Origin: an uncultured Alphaproteobacteria bacterium
Lineage (GTDB): Bacteria > Pseudomonadota > Alphaproteobacteria > ATCC43930 > CGMCC-115725
Length of the DNA: 64,000 nucleotides
NCBI GenBank assembly: GCA_963772965.1
Contig: CAVYZU010000002.1
Location: 1,199,751-1,263,750, forward strand
Direction of reading: 5' to 3'
Below, in pieces: positions 20,610 through 29,963 of the stretch. The position numbers were made by a program, and so were the translations under genes. Position 1 is the first letter of the stretch. Each line of letters opens with the position of its first letter. The notes under the pieces are model-generated. The model made no database searches and had not been told where the DNA came from. It saw only the letters and a list, made by a program, of their open reading frames with translations.

Positions 20610-22145
20610 ATGGCGCCCGAGGACAGCATTCGTGCGGGTGAACCGCGACCCTTTACCGGCGCCGAATATCTCGAAAGTCTGCGCGACGGCCGCGAAGTCT
20701 ACATCGACGGCGAGCGCGTTGCCGATGTGACGACCCATCCCGCCTTTCGCAATTCTGTGCGGTCCCTGGCGCGCCTTTATGACGCCTTGCACGATCCCAA
20801 GACAAAGGAAGTCTTGACTTCGCCGACCGACACCGGTTCGGGTGGTTATACCCACAAATACTTCCGCGTCGCCCGCTCGCGCGACGAGCTGATTGCCCAG
20901 CAGCGCGCGATCGCCCAATGGGCGCGGCTGACCTATGGCTGGATGGGCCGCACTCCCGATTACAAGGCGTCTTTAATGAACACGCTCGGCGCCAATGCCG
21001 AATATTACGGCCAGTTCGCCGGCAATGCGCGCAATTGGTATCGCCGCGCTCAGGAAAACGTCCTCTTTATGAACCACGCGATTGTCAACCCGCCGGTCGA
21101 TCGCGGCCGGCCGACGAGCGAGGTCAAGGACGTCTATGTCACGATCCAGCGTGAAACCGATGCCGGCGTCATCGTCTCCGGCGCCAAGGTCGTCGCGACT
21201 GCGGCGGCGATCACCCACTACAATTTCCTCGGCCAGAACGCCGCGACCGCGACCTCCGACCCCGATCTCGCGATCATGTTCATCCTGCCGATGGACGCGC
21301 CCGGGGTGAAATTGATCTGCCGCAATTCTTACGAGCAGATCGCCAATACTTTGGGTTCGCCATTCGATTACCCGCTGTCGTCGCGCTTTGACGAGAACGA
21401 TGCGATCTTTGTGCTCGATAATGTGCTGATCCCCTGGGAGAACGTGCTGGTCCACCGCGACCCGGAGAAGATCCTGAGTTTTTATCCGCGTTCCGGGTTT
21501 TTGAACGGCTTTTGCTTTCAGGGCTGCACGCGGTTTGCCGTCAAGCTCGACTTTATTTGCGGCCTCGTCGCGCGGGCCTTGCATGCGACCGGCGGTGACG
21601 AATTTCGCGGCAACCAGGCGATGCTCGGCGAGATCGTCTCATGGCGCAACCTCTTCTGGTCGTTGTCGGAAGGCATGGCGAGCAATCCGCAGCCCTGGGT
21701 CGGCGATGCGGTATTGCCCAATCTGCAGGCCGGGTTGTCGTATCGCGTCTTCGCGCCCGACGCCTATTCCAAGATCAAGGAGATCATCGAAAAGATCGTC
21801 GCCTCGGCATTGATTTACTTGCCGTCCTCGGTCAAGGACTTCGCCAACCCAGCGATCGAGCCGTATTTAAAGCGCTATGTCCGCGGCTCGAACGGCATCG
21901 ATTACAAAGAGCGCATAAAAATCATGAAATTATTGTGGGACGCGATCGGCACCGAATTCGGCGGTCGCCACGAACTCTACGAGCGCAATTACGCCGGCAA
22001 TCACGAGGACATCCGCATCCAGGCCCTGACCGGTGCGCGCCGCAACGGCACGATGGAGCAGATGACCGCCCTCGTCGACCAATGCATGGCCGAATACGAC
22101 GAGCACGGCTGGACCACCGACACCTGGCTCAATTCGGGCAGTTGA
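20610..22145 (+). CDS. 4-hydroxyphenylacetate 3-monooxygenase oxygenase-component family protein (HpaB family)
   Basis: ATG 20610 after AGGGAGG. FTGAEYLESLRDGREVYIDGERVADVTTHPAFRN ... GRTPDYKA ... about 511 aa. Confidence 0.9.
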   Translation: MAPEDSIRAGEPRPFTGAEYLESLRDGREVYIDGERVADVTTHPAFRNSVRSLARLYDALHDPKTKEVLTSPTDTGSGGYTHKYFRVARSRDELIAQQRAIAQWARLTYGWMGRTPDYKASLMNTLGANAEYYGQFAGNARNWYRRAQENVLFMNHAIVNPPVDRGRPTSEVKDVYVTIQRETDAGVIVSGAKVVATAAAITHYNFLGQNAATATSDPDLAIMFILPMDAPGVKLICRNSYEQIANTLGSPFDYPLSSRFDENDAIFVLDNVLIPWENVLVHRDPEKILSFYPRSGFLNGFCFQGCTRFAVKLDFICGLVARALHATGGDEFRGNQAMLGEIVSWRNLFWSLSEGMASNPQPWVGDAVLPNLQAGLSYRVFAPDAYSKIKEIIEKIVASALIYLPSSVKDFANPAIEPYLKRYVRGSNGIDYKERIKIMKLLWDAIGTEFGGRHELYERNYAGNHEDIRIQALTGARRNGTMEQMTALVDQCMAEYDEHGWTTDTWLNSGS

Positions 22146-22367
22146 ACGCGCCTCGTCGTGGCCCACGACTTCCTTTAACCCAATCGGCGCGCCTGCTTTC
22201 AATAACCGGATTATGTGGAGTCGGTCGTTTGTCAGTCCGCGCTTCGACGGCGGAGCCGCTCTGATTCCGGCCGTTCGAGGGATCGCGATGCAGCGACGAG
22301 GTTCGGACCCAAAACGGACCCTCAGCTCTCGTGGCGGGAACCGGTCTTTATGCCCCTGAGCCGACCT

Positions 22368-23147
22368 CTACAAAAGCGATCGGCGCGGCCAATAGGCTTG
22401 CGGGCTCATGCCCGTTTCCCGCCGGAAGGCGAAAATGAATGCGGAGGGTGAGCCGTAACCGAGATCGAATGCCGTTTGCGTGACGCTGCATCCACCGCCC
22501 AGCATTTCGACTGCCTTGATCAAGCGCAGCCTCCGGCGCCACTGGCTTAATGTCATGCCGATCTCTTCGTTGAACCGCCGGGCAAGCGTCCGCAGCGATA
22601 ACCCAAGCGTTGCGCTCCATTGCGCGGGTCCGCGCTGGTCGGCGGGATCAGCGTAAAGTGCCTCGCAGAGTGCCACGACCGGGCCCCGGCGCGGCCAAGG
22701 TAGTGCTGCAGGAAGGGGCTGAGCGCGACGAAGTTGATCGACAATCAGATGGACTACACGACCGGTGTAACTATCGTCGTCTTGCTCGTGTTGCAGCTTA
22801 GCTGCTTCGATGATCAGCGCGCGGAGCAGCGGCGACACGCTGAACACGACGCAGTTCGTCGCGATGCCGGCGCAAATCCCATCGTTGAGCCATAGGCTGC
22901 GAAACTCGGCCCCAAGCAGCGAGCCGACACGGTGCCGCATTCCCGTCGGAACCCAGGCTGCTTGTTCCGATGGGATGACAAAGCAACTCCCCTCTATGGT
23001 CACGGTCAAAACGCCCGAGATCGCATAGACCAGCTGATTCCAGGAATGCGCGTGGTCGGCAAAGCAATGCCGTGGCGGGAGCAACTCGACGCGAACGATC
23101 AGGGGCTGAGGCGCCCCCAGATCGGGCGGCATCAACTCTTGCCACAT
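22368..23147 (-). CDS. AraC family transcriptional regulator with N-terminal cupin
   Basis: HAHSWNQLVYAISGVL cupin part; C-terminal SLRTLARRFNEEIGMTLSQW...GYGSPSAFIFAFRRETGMSP HTH. Confidence 0.85.
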   Translation of the reverse strand: MWQELMPPDLGAPQPLIVRVELLPPRHCFADHAHSWNQLVYAISGVLTVTIEGSCFVIPSEQAAWVPTGMRHRVGSLLGAEFRSLWLNDGICAGIATNCVVFSVSPLLRALIIEAAKLQHEQDDDSYTGRVVHLIVDQLRRAQPLPAALPWPRRGPVVALCEALYADPADQRGPAQWSATLGLSLRTLARRFNEEIGMTLSQWRRRLRLIKAVEMLGGGCSVTQTAFDLGYGSPSAFIFAFRRETGMSPQAYWPRRSLL

Positions 23148-23379
23148 TGCCAGCCTCTCATTGGCAGATGTTCTACATATTTTGGCAGAACATCGAAAGC
23201 GGTCCAAGGATTTTTGGCGTACCGTGAGGGCAAGTTGATCGCAAACGTCGTGGCGGATCTCGAAAGTCATAGCCGTGAATCCGATCGATCATTTGGCTGC
23301 CACCCTCAACCGGCTCTACCGCGGTGCCCGGCCGTCCAAAGCGGCTGCCGGCGCGCCCGGACCGGAGCGCCGCTGATTG

Positions 23380-24135
23380 ATGACGATTGGCGATTGGGCC
23401 GGGATGGCGGCGGCCAGCTTTTTCGCCGCGGTGCTGCTGGCCACCAACGGGTTCGGCTTCGCCGTGCTAGCCGTGCCGTTCTTCCTGATGTTTGCCCCGG
23501 CCGGCCAAGCCATCCAGATCATAATCATCCTGACCGTGGCAGTATCTCTGGTCGTGGCGCTCCGCCTGCGTCAGGCGCTCGATCGGCCGCTGCTGGTGCG
23601 CCTGTCGGTCGGCAGCCTGATCGGCCTGCCGTTCGGCCTTGCGGCGTTTCGCGTCGCCAACCCGCTGATCGTGCGAGCCGTTGCCGGCGCGACCGTCGTT
23701 ACGTTCGCGGCAATGCTGGCCCGGACCCGCCTTCGCCCGCGCCCGGCTATCCCTCTCCGGATGGCGCCGCGTTGGGACCTGGCCGCAGGCACGTTGGCCG
23801 GCGTCGCCAATGCACTGGTCGGCATGTCGGGGCCGCTGGTGCTGATCTATCTGATGCTGGCGGGAGCGCCGATCCGCACCGTGCGGGCGACGCTGGTTGC
23901 GTTCTTCGCGCTGATCTATGCCGCGACGCTGGCGGCCGACGTGGTTTTCCTCGGCGTGTCGGGCAGCGACTGGCTGATCGCTGCGAGCCTGTTGCCTCCG
24001 ATCGGCGCGGGCATCCTGATCGGCCTCGGGGTCGGCAACCGGCTCGGAGCAACCGCGGCGGAGATACTGGCGATCGTCGTGCTGGGGGGAGCCGGACTCT
24101 ACACCCTCGCCGCTGCCGCACAACTCGGGCCATAA
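23380..24135 (+). CDS. sulfite exporter TauE/SafE family membrane protein
   Basis: Polytopic membrane protein: NGFGFAVLAVPFFL ..., repeated halves, GVANALVGMSGPLVLIYL. Confidence 0.85.
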   Translation: MTIGDWAGMAAASFFAAVLLATNGFGFAVLAVPFFLMFAPAGQAIQIIIILTVAVSLVVALRLRQALDRPLLVRLSVGSLIGLPFGLAAFRVANPLIVRAVAGATVVTFAAMLARTRLRPRPAIPLRMAPRWDLAAGTLAGVANALVGMSGPLVLIYLMLAGAPIRTVRATLVAFFALIYAATLAADVVFLGVSGSDWLIAASLLPPIGAGILIGLGVGNRLGATAAEILAIVVLGGAGLYTLAAAAQLGP

Positions 24136-24243
24136 CAGATGGTCAAACGGGCTCGCGCGATGATCAAGTGTCAACCGGAAGCAGTTGATCAAGATACGCT
24201 AGCCAATGATCGCGGCAACGGCAGCGCGGCGCGAAAAGGCCTG

Positions 24244-25302
24244 ATGGTGAACCGGCTCGCCCCGTTTGCCTTCGTGCTGTTGTGGAGTTCCTCCTTTGTC
24301 GCGACCCGAGCCGGCCTGAGATATGTTTCGCCGCTCGCCTTTGTCACATTACGGGTTGGTTTATGCGCGCTTGTTCTGCTTGCTGTCATGGTCGGCTCAC
24401 GCCGGCGTTGGACGCCGCTGGCCGGCAAATGGCAGCACTGCGCCATAGCGGGCGGGCTGATCAACGGCGTCATGCTGGCGGCCTCGCATTGGGGGGTGGC
24501 GCGGGCCGGCGCCGCGCCGTTGGCACTTGTCCAGACTTTGAACCCTCTACTGACGGCCCTGCTGGGCGGACCGCTGCTGGGCGAATGGCTGCGGTTGCGG
24601 CAGTGGCTCGGCCTTGCCCTCGGCGCCGCCGGCGTCGCCCTCGTCGTCGGCATGGCCGCGGCCAGCAATGCCACACAATTCGATGGCCTCGCTGTCGGGG
24701 CTGGCGGGGTGCTGGCACTAATCGCGGGCACCCTTTATTACGCCCGCTTTTGCCGTGACGTGCCGCTGCTCCCTGGCATCACGGTTCAGTTTCTCACAGC
24801 GAGTGCGATTTGCGCTGCCGCGACCCTGATCTTCGAGACGCCGCACGCGACATGGACCCGGACGGCGCTGGCCGCGCTCGTTTGGAACGCGGGCCCCGTT
24901 TCGTTTGGCGGAATGGCGCTCTATTTCCTCATGCTGACGCGGGATACAGCGGCACGAACGACCGCCAATTTCTACCTGGTTCCCGGTGTCACGGCCCTGA
25001 TGGCGTGGTTGCTGCTCGGCGAAGGCCTTTCGATTTTCGCCGTCGCTGGCCTCATCACAGCGTCGATCGGGTGCTTTTTGGTATCAGCACCGCGCCATAT
25101 TTACGAACGGCGTCGCTTTAGCTCGATCCCAACCCCTAACCTTCACGCGCCGAATGAAGTTGGTCTGTCTGGTTTCCCAAGAACCCAATTTGCCGCCCGG
25201 CGCGACCCCAATCCTGTTTCTGCCATCGGCGGCGCCGAGCGCGGTCCCAAAGCAGCGCGCGGACAAGCGGCTCCATCGCGAGGACAGCTTCGAGATGATT
25301 GA
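24244..25302 (+). CDS. DMT superfamily (EamA) transporter
   Basis: About 10 TM helices; LLWSSSFVATRAGL, NPLLTALLG. Long hydrophilic tail. Stop overlaps the next start by 8 nt. Confidence 0.85.
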   Translation: MVNRLAPFAFVLLWSSSFVATRAGLRYVSPLAFVTLRVGLCALVLLAVMVGSRRRWTPLAGKWQHCAIAGGLINGVMLAASHWGVARAGAAPLALVQTLNPLLTALLGGPLLGEWLRLRQWLGLALGAAGVALVVGMAAASNATQFDGLAVGAGGVLALIAGTLYYARFCRDVPLLPGITVQFLTASAICAAATLIFETPHATWTRTALAALVWNAGPVSFGGMALYFLMLTRDTAARTTANFYLVPGVTALMAWLLLGEGLSIFAVAGLITASIGCFLVSAPRHIYERRRFSSIPTPNLHAPNEVGLSGFPRTQFAARRDPNPVSAIGGAERGPKAARGQAAPSRGQLRDD

Positions 25303-26578
25303 GGACAGATACGGCAACGCGCTAACGACGAGCTCGCCGGCGGCACGCGATGCCTATGTCGCCGGTATGGACAGGTTGCTCTCCGCCGATGCCGAGATTG
25401 TTGCCGCCTTCGAAGAGGCTGTAGCGGCCGATGAGGGTTTTGCGCTCGGGCACATCGCGCTCGCGCGCACCCTGCAGGTGCACGGCCGCGGTAGTGAGGT
25501 CAAGGCGCCGCTCGAGCGGGGGCTCGCGCTTGCCGCGGGCACTACCACCCGCGAGCAAAGCCACATAGCCATCTTTGAGCAAATTTTGACGGGGCGCGGC
25601 GGGACGGCCATTCCGGCAATTCTCGAACACCTCAAGACCTGGCCACGCGATGCGATGGTGCTGGCGCCGATCACCGGCGTTTTTGGCCTTATCGGCTTCT
25701 CGGGCAAGGCGGGACGGGAGGCTGAGCAGCTGGCGGTGCTTGAACCGTTTGCCTCGGCCTATGGCGATGACTGGTGGTTCCGCATGGCGCTCGCTTTCGC
25801 CGAGATCGAGCTGCACGAGTACGACCGGGGCCTCCGCAACATCGAAACCTCGCTGAGTGGCTTCGGACGCAACGCCCATGCCGCGCATGTTCGCGCTCAC
25901 CTCTTCTATGAGCTGGGCGAGCGCGAAGCCGGCCTGGCGTACCTCGACCACTGGAGCCGCGACTATTCGCCGGAGGGTCAGCTGCACTGCCATATCAGCT
26001 GGCATCGCGCGCTGTGGTCGCTGGAGACCGGCCGCCGCAAACGCGCTTGGGAGATCTACCGGACGGCGCTTAAGCCGGGTGGGGCATGGGGGCCGCCGCT
26101 CAATGTGCTGACCGACTGCGCCTCGTTCCTTATCCGGGCAGAGATGGCGGGCGAAGCGGTCGAGCCGGCTCTGTGGATTGAGATCGCCGAATACGCGGCG
26201 CGGTGGTTTCCCAATTCGGGGATCGTCTTCGCCGATATCCACAGCGCTCTCGCCTTCGCGATGGCCGGCAAGTCGGATGCACTGCAACGGATTATCGATC
26301 ACCCGCAGGGCCCGGCCGCCGATATTCTCGTGCCGATCGCCCGCGGCTTCGACGCCTTCGCCCGGCGCGACTGGGCTGGGGCCGTCGGGGAAATCCGTCC
26401 GCTGCTCGAAACCCACGAACGCGTAGGCGGCAGCCGGGCGCAACGCGACCTGCTCGAATACGCGGTGACCTGCGCTTTGTTGCGCAACGGACAGCGCGAC
26501 GAAGCCTTGCAGCTCATATCGAGCCGCCGACCCGCGAACGGCAAAGGCGGATTTCCGCTGGCTGGCCTAACGGCCTGA
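25295..26578 (+). CDS. tetratricopeptide-repeat-like helical protein
   Basis: MIEDRYGNALTTSSPAARDAYVAGMDRLLSADAEIVAAFEEAVAADEGFALGHIALAR: all-helical, TPR-like family common in alphaproteobacteria. Translationally coupled to the DMT gene. Confidence 0.55.
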   Translation: MIEDRYGNALTTSSPAARDAYVAGMDRLLSADAEIVAAFEEAVAADEGFALGHIALARTLQVHGRGSEVKAPLERGLALAAGTTTREQSHIAIFEQILTGRGGTAIPAILEHLKTWPRDAMVLAPITGVFGLIGFSGKAGREAEQLAVLEPFASAYGDDWWFRMALAFAEIELHEYDRGLRNIETSLSGFGRNAHAAHVRAHLFYELGEREAGLAYLDHWSRDYSPEGQLHCHISWHRALWSLETGRRKRAWEIYRTALKPGGAWGPPLNVLTDCASFLIRAEMAGEAVEPALWIEIAEYAARWFPNSGIVFADIHSALAFAMAGKSDALQRIIDHPQGPAADILVPIARGFDAFARRDWAGAVGEIRPLLETHERVGGSRAQRDLLEYAVTCALLRNGQRDEALQLISSRRPANGKGGFPLAGLTA

Positions 26579-26724
26579 CCTCATCGGGTGTGACGATCGG
26601 GATCCCCGGGCGCGCGGCATCGGGTTGTGGCCGAAGATCATCTAAAGCAATGACGCCTGACGGTGCACGGCGTCACAAGCCGTGCGCACGCCAAAGTGCT
26701 GGCCCACCAATAGAAATTGGTACC

Positions 26725-28284
26725 ATGTTCGAGACTTCATCACCGACGACCAGCCAGCTTTACCAGCCGGCTCTTTCACCTTTCTCCCACGCCGACATCA
26801 TGCGTGTGATGTTGGGCATAATGATATGCATTCTCTTGGCAGCACTCGATCAAACTGCGGTAATACCTGCGGTTCCCGCAATTGCAAGCGATCTCGGCGC
26901 GTATACCGGGTTGTCGTGGGTCGTTGCCGCTTATTTGATAACCTCGACAATCAGCACGCCGGTGTATGGCAAGCTCTCCGACATCTATGGCCGCCGGCGA
27001 CTGCTCATCACTTGTCTTGCTCTTTTTATCGTGACCTCGATGTTGTGCGGCGCGGCGCAATCACTTCATCAGCTCGTCTGGTTCCGCGCGCTTCAGGGCC
27101 TGGGCGGCGGGGGGCTGATGGCCTTGACCCAAGCGGCCATCGCGGATGTGGTGTCTCCACGCGAGCGAGGACGTTATCAGGCGTACATCTCCGCCGTTTG
27201 GGCCCTCGCGTCCTTGAGCGGCCCGCTTGTCGGCGGCTTCGTGACCCAGAGCTTCTCGTGGCGGTGGATCTTCTGGATCAACCTGCCGATCGGAGCAGCT
27301 GCGATGTGGGTGTGCTGGAACGGGTTGCGTCGGATATCGCCGCCCGTGCGCCGAGGCAGGCCGAGGCTCGATATCATCGGCATGCTTTTGCTCGCCGGGG
27401 CGATTTCCGTCTTGTTGCTGGCTCTCGGATGGGGCGGCACTGTCTACCCATGGGCCTCGTATCAGATTTTTGGTCTGGTCGGCTTCGGAACCTGTCTCCT
27501 TCTCCTGCTCGTCCTGCAGGAGTTGCGGGCGCACGATCCCCTGCTTCCGCCGCGTGTGTTTATGAGCTCGAGCTACATCGCCTATGTCATCGTTTCGACG
27601 TTGACATCGCTACTGCTCTTCATGTGCCTTTTTACCATTCCGCTTTATTTCCAATACGTGCGTGGCGCGACGGCGGCACAATCCGGTATTTACATCGCTC
27701 CGTTCATGGTGGCGAGTGCGTTCGGGAATGTCGCCGGCAGCCGGTGGGCCCGCCACTTCGGCACTGTGCGGGGAGGCCTGCGAATCGCCAGCTCTCTAAG
27801 CTGTGCGGGCCTCATTCTGCTGGCGGCCGTGTCGCTACATGCTCCTGTTTGGGCGGTGATTGCTGCGATGGTGGTTACCGGCCCCGGGATGGGAGGCTGC
27901 CTTATTGGTTCGATGATGGGCTCGCAGAATGCCCTCGGTGCACAAGACATCGGTTCCGGCACTGGTGCGCTGCTGGTTTTGCGCTCGGTCGGCGGAGCAA
28001 CCGGATCGACCGTCGCCGGTGCGATCATCGCTTCAGGATTGATCGCGGTTCAGCCGACGGCCGACGCCGCATCGGTCGCCGCTCCTTTCGTGCAACACGG
28101 GGCTGTGGCCTTGGGGCACGTCGCCAGGAGCAGCTTGACGACCGCTTCGGCTCATCTCGGTTGGAGTTTCGCAATGGTGTATGCGATGGCCGCCGTGTTT
28201 GCGGCTATCTCCTTTCTCGTTGCAATCCGGATGCCGAATATCCCGTTGCGCGAATCTCTGCATGCGGTTCCACTCCCGGAATAG
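26725..28284 (+). CDS. MFS transporter, DHA2 (EmrB/QacA) family
   Basis: ATG 26725 (MFETSSP...). LDQTAVIPAVPAIASDLG, GKLSDIYGRRR, 14-TM layout. Confidence 0.9.
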   Translation: MFETSSPTTSQLYQPALSPFSHADIMRVMLGIMICILLAALDQTAVIPAVPAIASDLGAYTGLSWVVAAYLITSTISTPVYGKLSDIYGRRRLLITCLALFIVTSMLCGAAQSLHQLVWFRALQGLGGGGLMALTQAAIADVVSPRERGRYQAYISAVWALASLSGPLVGGFVTQSFSWRWIFWINLPIGAAAMWVCWNGLRRISPPVRRGRPRLDIIGMLLLAGAISVLLLALGWGGTVYPWASYQIFGLVGFGTCLLLLLVLQELRAHDPLLPPRVFMSSSYIAYVIVSTLTSLLLFMCLFTIPLYFQYVRGATAAQSGIYIAPFMVASAFGNVAGSRWARHFGTVRGGLRIASSLSCAGLILLAAVSLHAPVWAVIAAMVVTGPGMGGCLIGSMMGSQNALGAQDIGSGTGALLVLRSVGGATGSTVAGAIIASGLIAVQPTADAASVAAPFVQHGAVALGHVARSSLTTASAHLGWSFAMVYAMAAVFAAISFLVAIRMPNIPLRESLHAVPLPE

Positions 28285-28492
28285 GCGCTAAAGTTGTTCT
28301 CGAGTGAGCTGCCTTTACCAAGCCGGGATGACTGCTTGCGGCGCTACTTCGCCATTGCCAAACATTCCTGGGAAGGTCCCTTCACCACCCTATTGAGACC
28401 TCACGACCGCTCTAGGCGACGGCCGCAATCGGGGGTTAAAGGCGTTTCCGCCCTACACTTTGCTAGTTGAGTAGAGACTTCTTTGGTTTGAT

Positions 28493-28774
28493 TTAATCCG
28501 GGACGAAATTCATCGCGATGCCGTTGATGCAGTAGCGCAGATGGGTCGGTGGCGGGCCGTCGTCAAAGACGTGGCCAAGATGGCTGCCGCAATTCGCGCA
28601 ATGAACTTCGGTTCGGACCATGCCAAAGGTTCGATCAACGGATGTCTCGACGGCACCGTCGATCGGATCATTGAAGCTGGGCCAACCGGTCCCGCTCTCG
28701 AACTTCCCCTTTGATTCGAGCGTGCTTGGGCAAAGCCTCCAATCATCCGACCCCGCCAACTCGATAGGAACCAT
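28493..28774 (-). pseudogene. msrB: peptide-methionine (R)-S-oxide reductase MsrB, N-terminally truncated
   Basis: [31 protein letters not shown] and [10 protein letters not shown] are present. The usual first about 50 residues, including the first CxxC, are missing. A signal-peptide-like remnant lies upstream in another frame. Confidence 0.7.
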
Positions 28775-29229
28775 TGGCAGTCATCGTAAACCCGCTTCTT
28801 GGCGGGAGCGTGGCGCCAGCACCGGCGGCGACCACGACGCTGTCCTTAGTGCGGGCGCGAAGAAGCTTTATTCTTAGCCCTCCAAGGGGTCCCGCGGTTT
28901 AAGCCAAACCCGTGGTCCCTTTTTGCCCGAAAGTGTCGGCTTGTGCGCGGTTACTGAATTCCCGGAATCAGCGGAATTCGGCCCTTCGCCTATACACGCA
29001 GCAATGGCGAGATAGCGCCCGAGGGCAGCCGTTCGCGGGACCGCGCCGGTGTCGCGAGGTTCGACCGGAAGCTGCGGTTCGCCGCTTGTGAGACATCGGC
29101 GGTCTAGGTGCGACGAGCGTTAAAGTTCTCACAACCACTGGCTGGGATCTTTGATCAAACCGAGCAAGCCCTTGCACGAAACCGCCGATGGCATACATTC
29201 TATCATTCGATGGAGCGAAGGACTGAGAC

Positions 29230-29601
29230 ATGCATAGCGGACATCCACCGCGTCCGCCTGCACCCCTCCCATCGCGGGCGCAGATTGAAGCCGCCGCCGA
29301 GATATTCCGAGCGCTTGGCGATCCGGAGCGGCTTCGGCTTCTGCTGCGGCTCGCCGAAAACGAGGCGTGCGTGTCGGAATTGGCTGAGGACGAGGGCGAG
29401 AAGATCACCACCGTTTCGGCGCGACTGAAGGCCTTGGCTACGGTGCGTTTGGTCAAGCGGCGGCGCGAGGCCAAACACGTCTTCTACGCTCTTGCCGACG
29501 AGCATGTCCTGCCATTGGTCCGCAACGCCATCGACCACGCGGCCGAGAGCCGCACCGCGGTGTCCGCGGTTTTTCAACACGGAAAGGATACAATTCGATG
29601 A
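29230..29601 (+). CDS. ArsR/SmtB family metalloregulator
   Basis: EIFRALGDPERLRLLLRLAENEACVSELAE...VSARLKALATVRLV is a winged HTH of the ArsR family. Confidence 0.85.
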   Translation: MHSGHPPRPPAPLPSRAQIEAAAEIFRALGDPERLRLLLRLAENEACVSELAEDEGEKITTVSARLKALATVRLVKRRREAKHVFYALADEHVLPLVRNAIDHAAESRTAVSAVFQHGKDTIR

Positions 29602-29951
29602 CGACTTGCTCTGCACCGACCCATCCCGATCATGCGCATCAGCATCAGCCGGGTTGCGGACATCCGGCCGTGCGCCATAGTGGCCATACGGATTATCTGC
29701 ACGACGGGCATCTCCATCACCCGCACGAAGATCATGTCGACGAGCATATGATCGAGGTGTCAGGCGAGAACCCCGAGCGCTGCACCTCCGATCATCGCTG
29801 TGGCGGCCATGAGACGGGCCATGTGCACGGCCCGGGCTGCGGCCATGAGCCGGTGCCGCACGGCAATCATGTGGATTATCGCGTGGCCGGCCATCTTCAC
29901 CATCCACACGGCGACCACTGCGACGACCACGGTCCGCTGGCGTCTGCCTAG
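29598..29951 (+). CDS. His/Cys-rich putative metal-binding protein with two tandem modules
   Basis: ATGA overlap with arsR. GCGHPAVRHSGHTDYLHDGHLHHPHEDHVDEH and GCGHEPVPHGNHVDYRVAGHLHHPHGDHCDDHG. Confidence 0.7.
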   Translation: MTTCSAPTHPDHAHQHQPGCGHPAVRHSGHTDYLHDGHLHHPHEDHVDEHMIEVSGENPERCTSDHRCGGHETGHVHGPGCGHEPVPHGNHVDYRVAGHLHHPHGDHCDDHGPLASA

Positions 29952-29963
29952 AGAGAGTAGCGT

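Noticed and set aside
26203-26724. Long N-terminal extensions in track ORFs: MFS 26203, DMT 24139, HpaB 20325, RM enzyme 13882, AraC 23270 and membrane protein 5888.
   Set aside because: The extensions are Arg/Pro-rich and overlap upstream genes or regulatory elements. Internal ATG/GTG starts with RBS-like sequences match the expected family N-termini.
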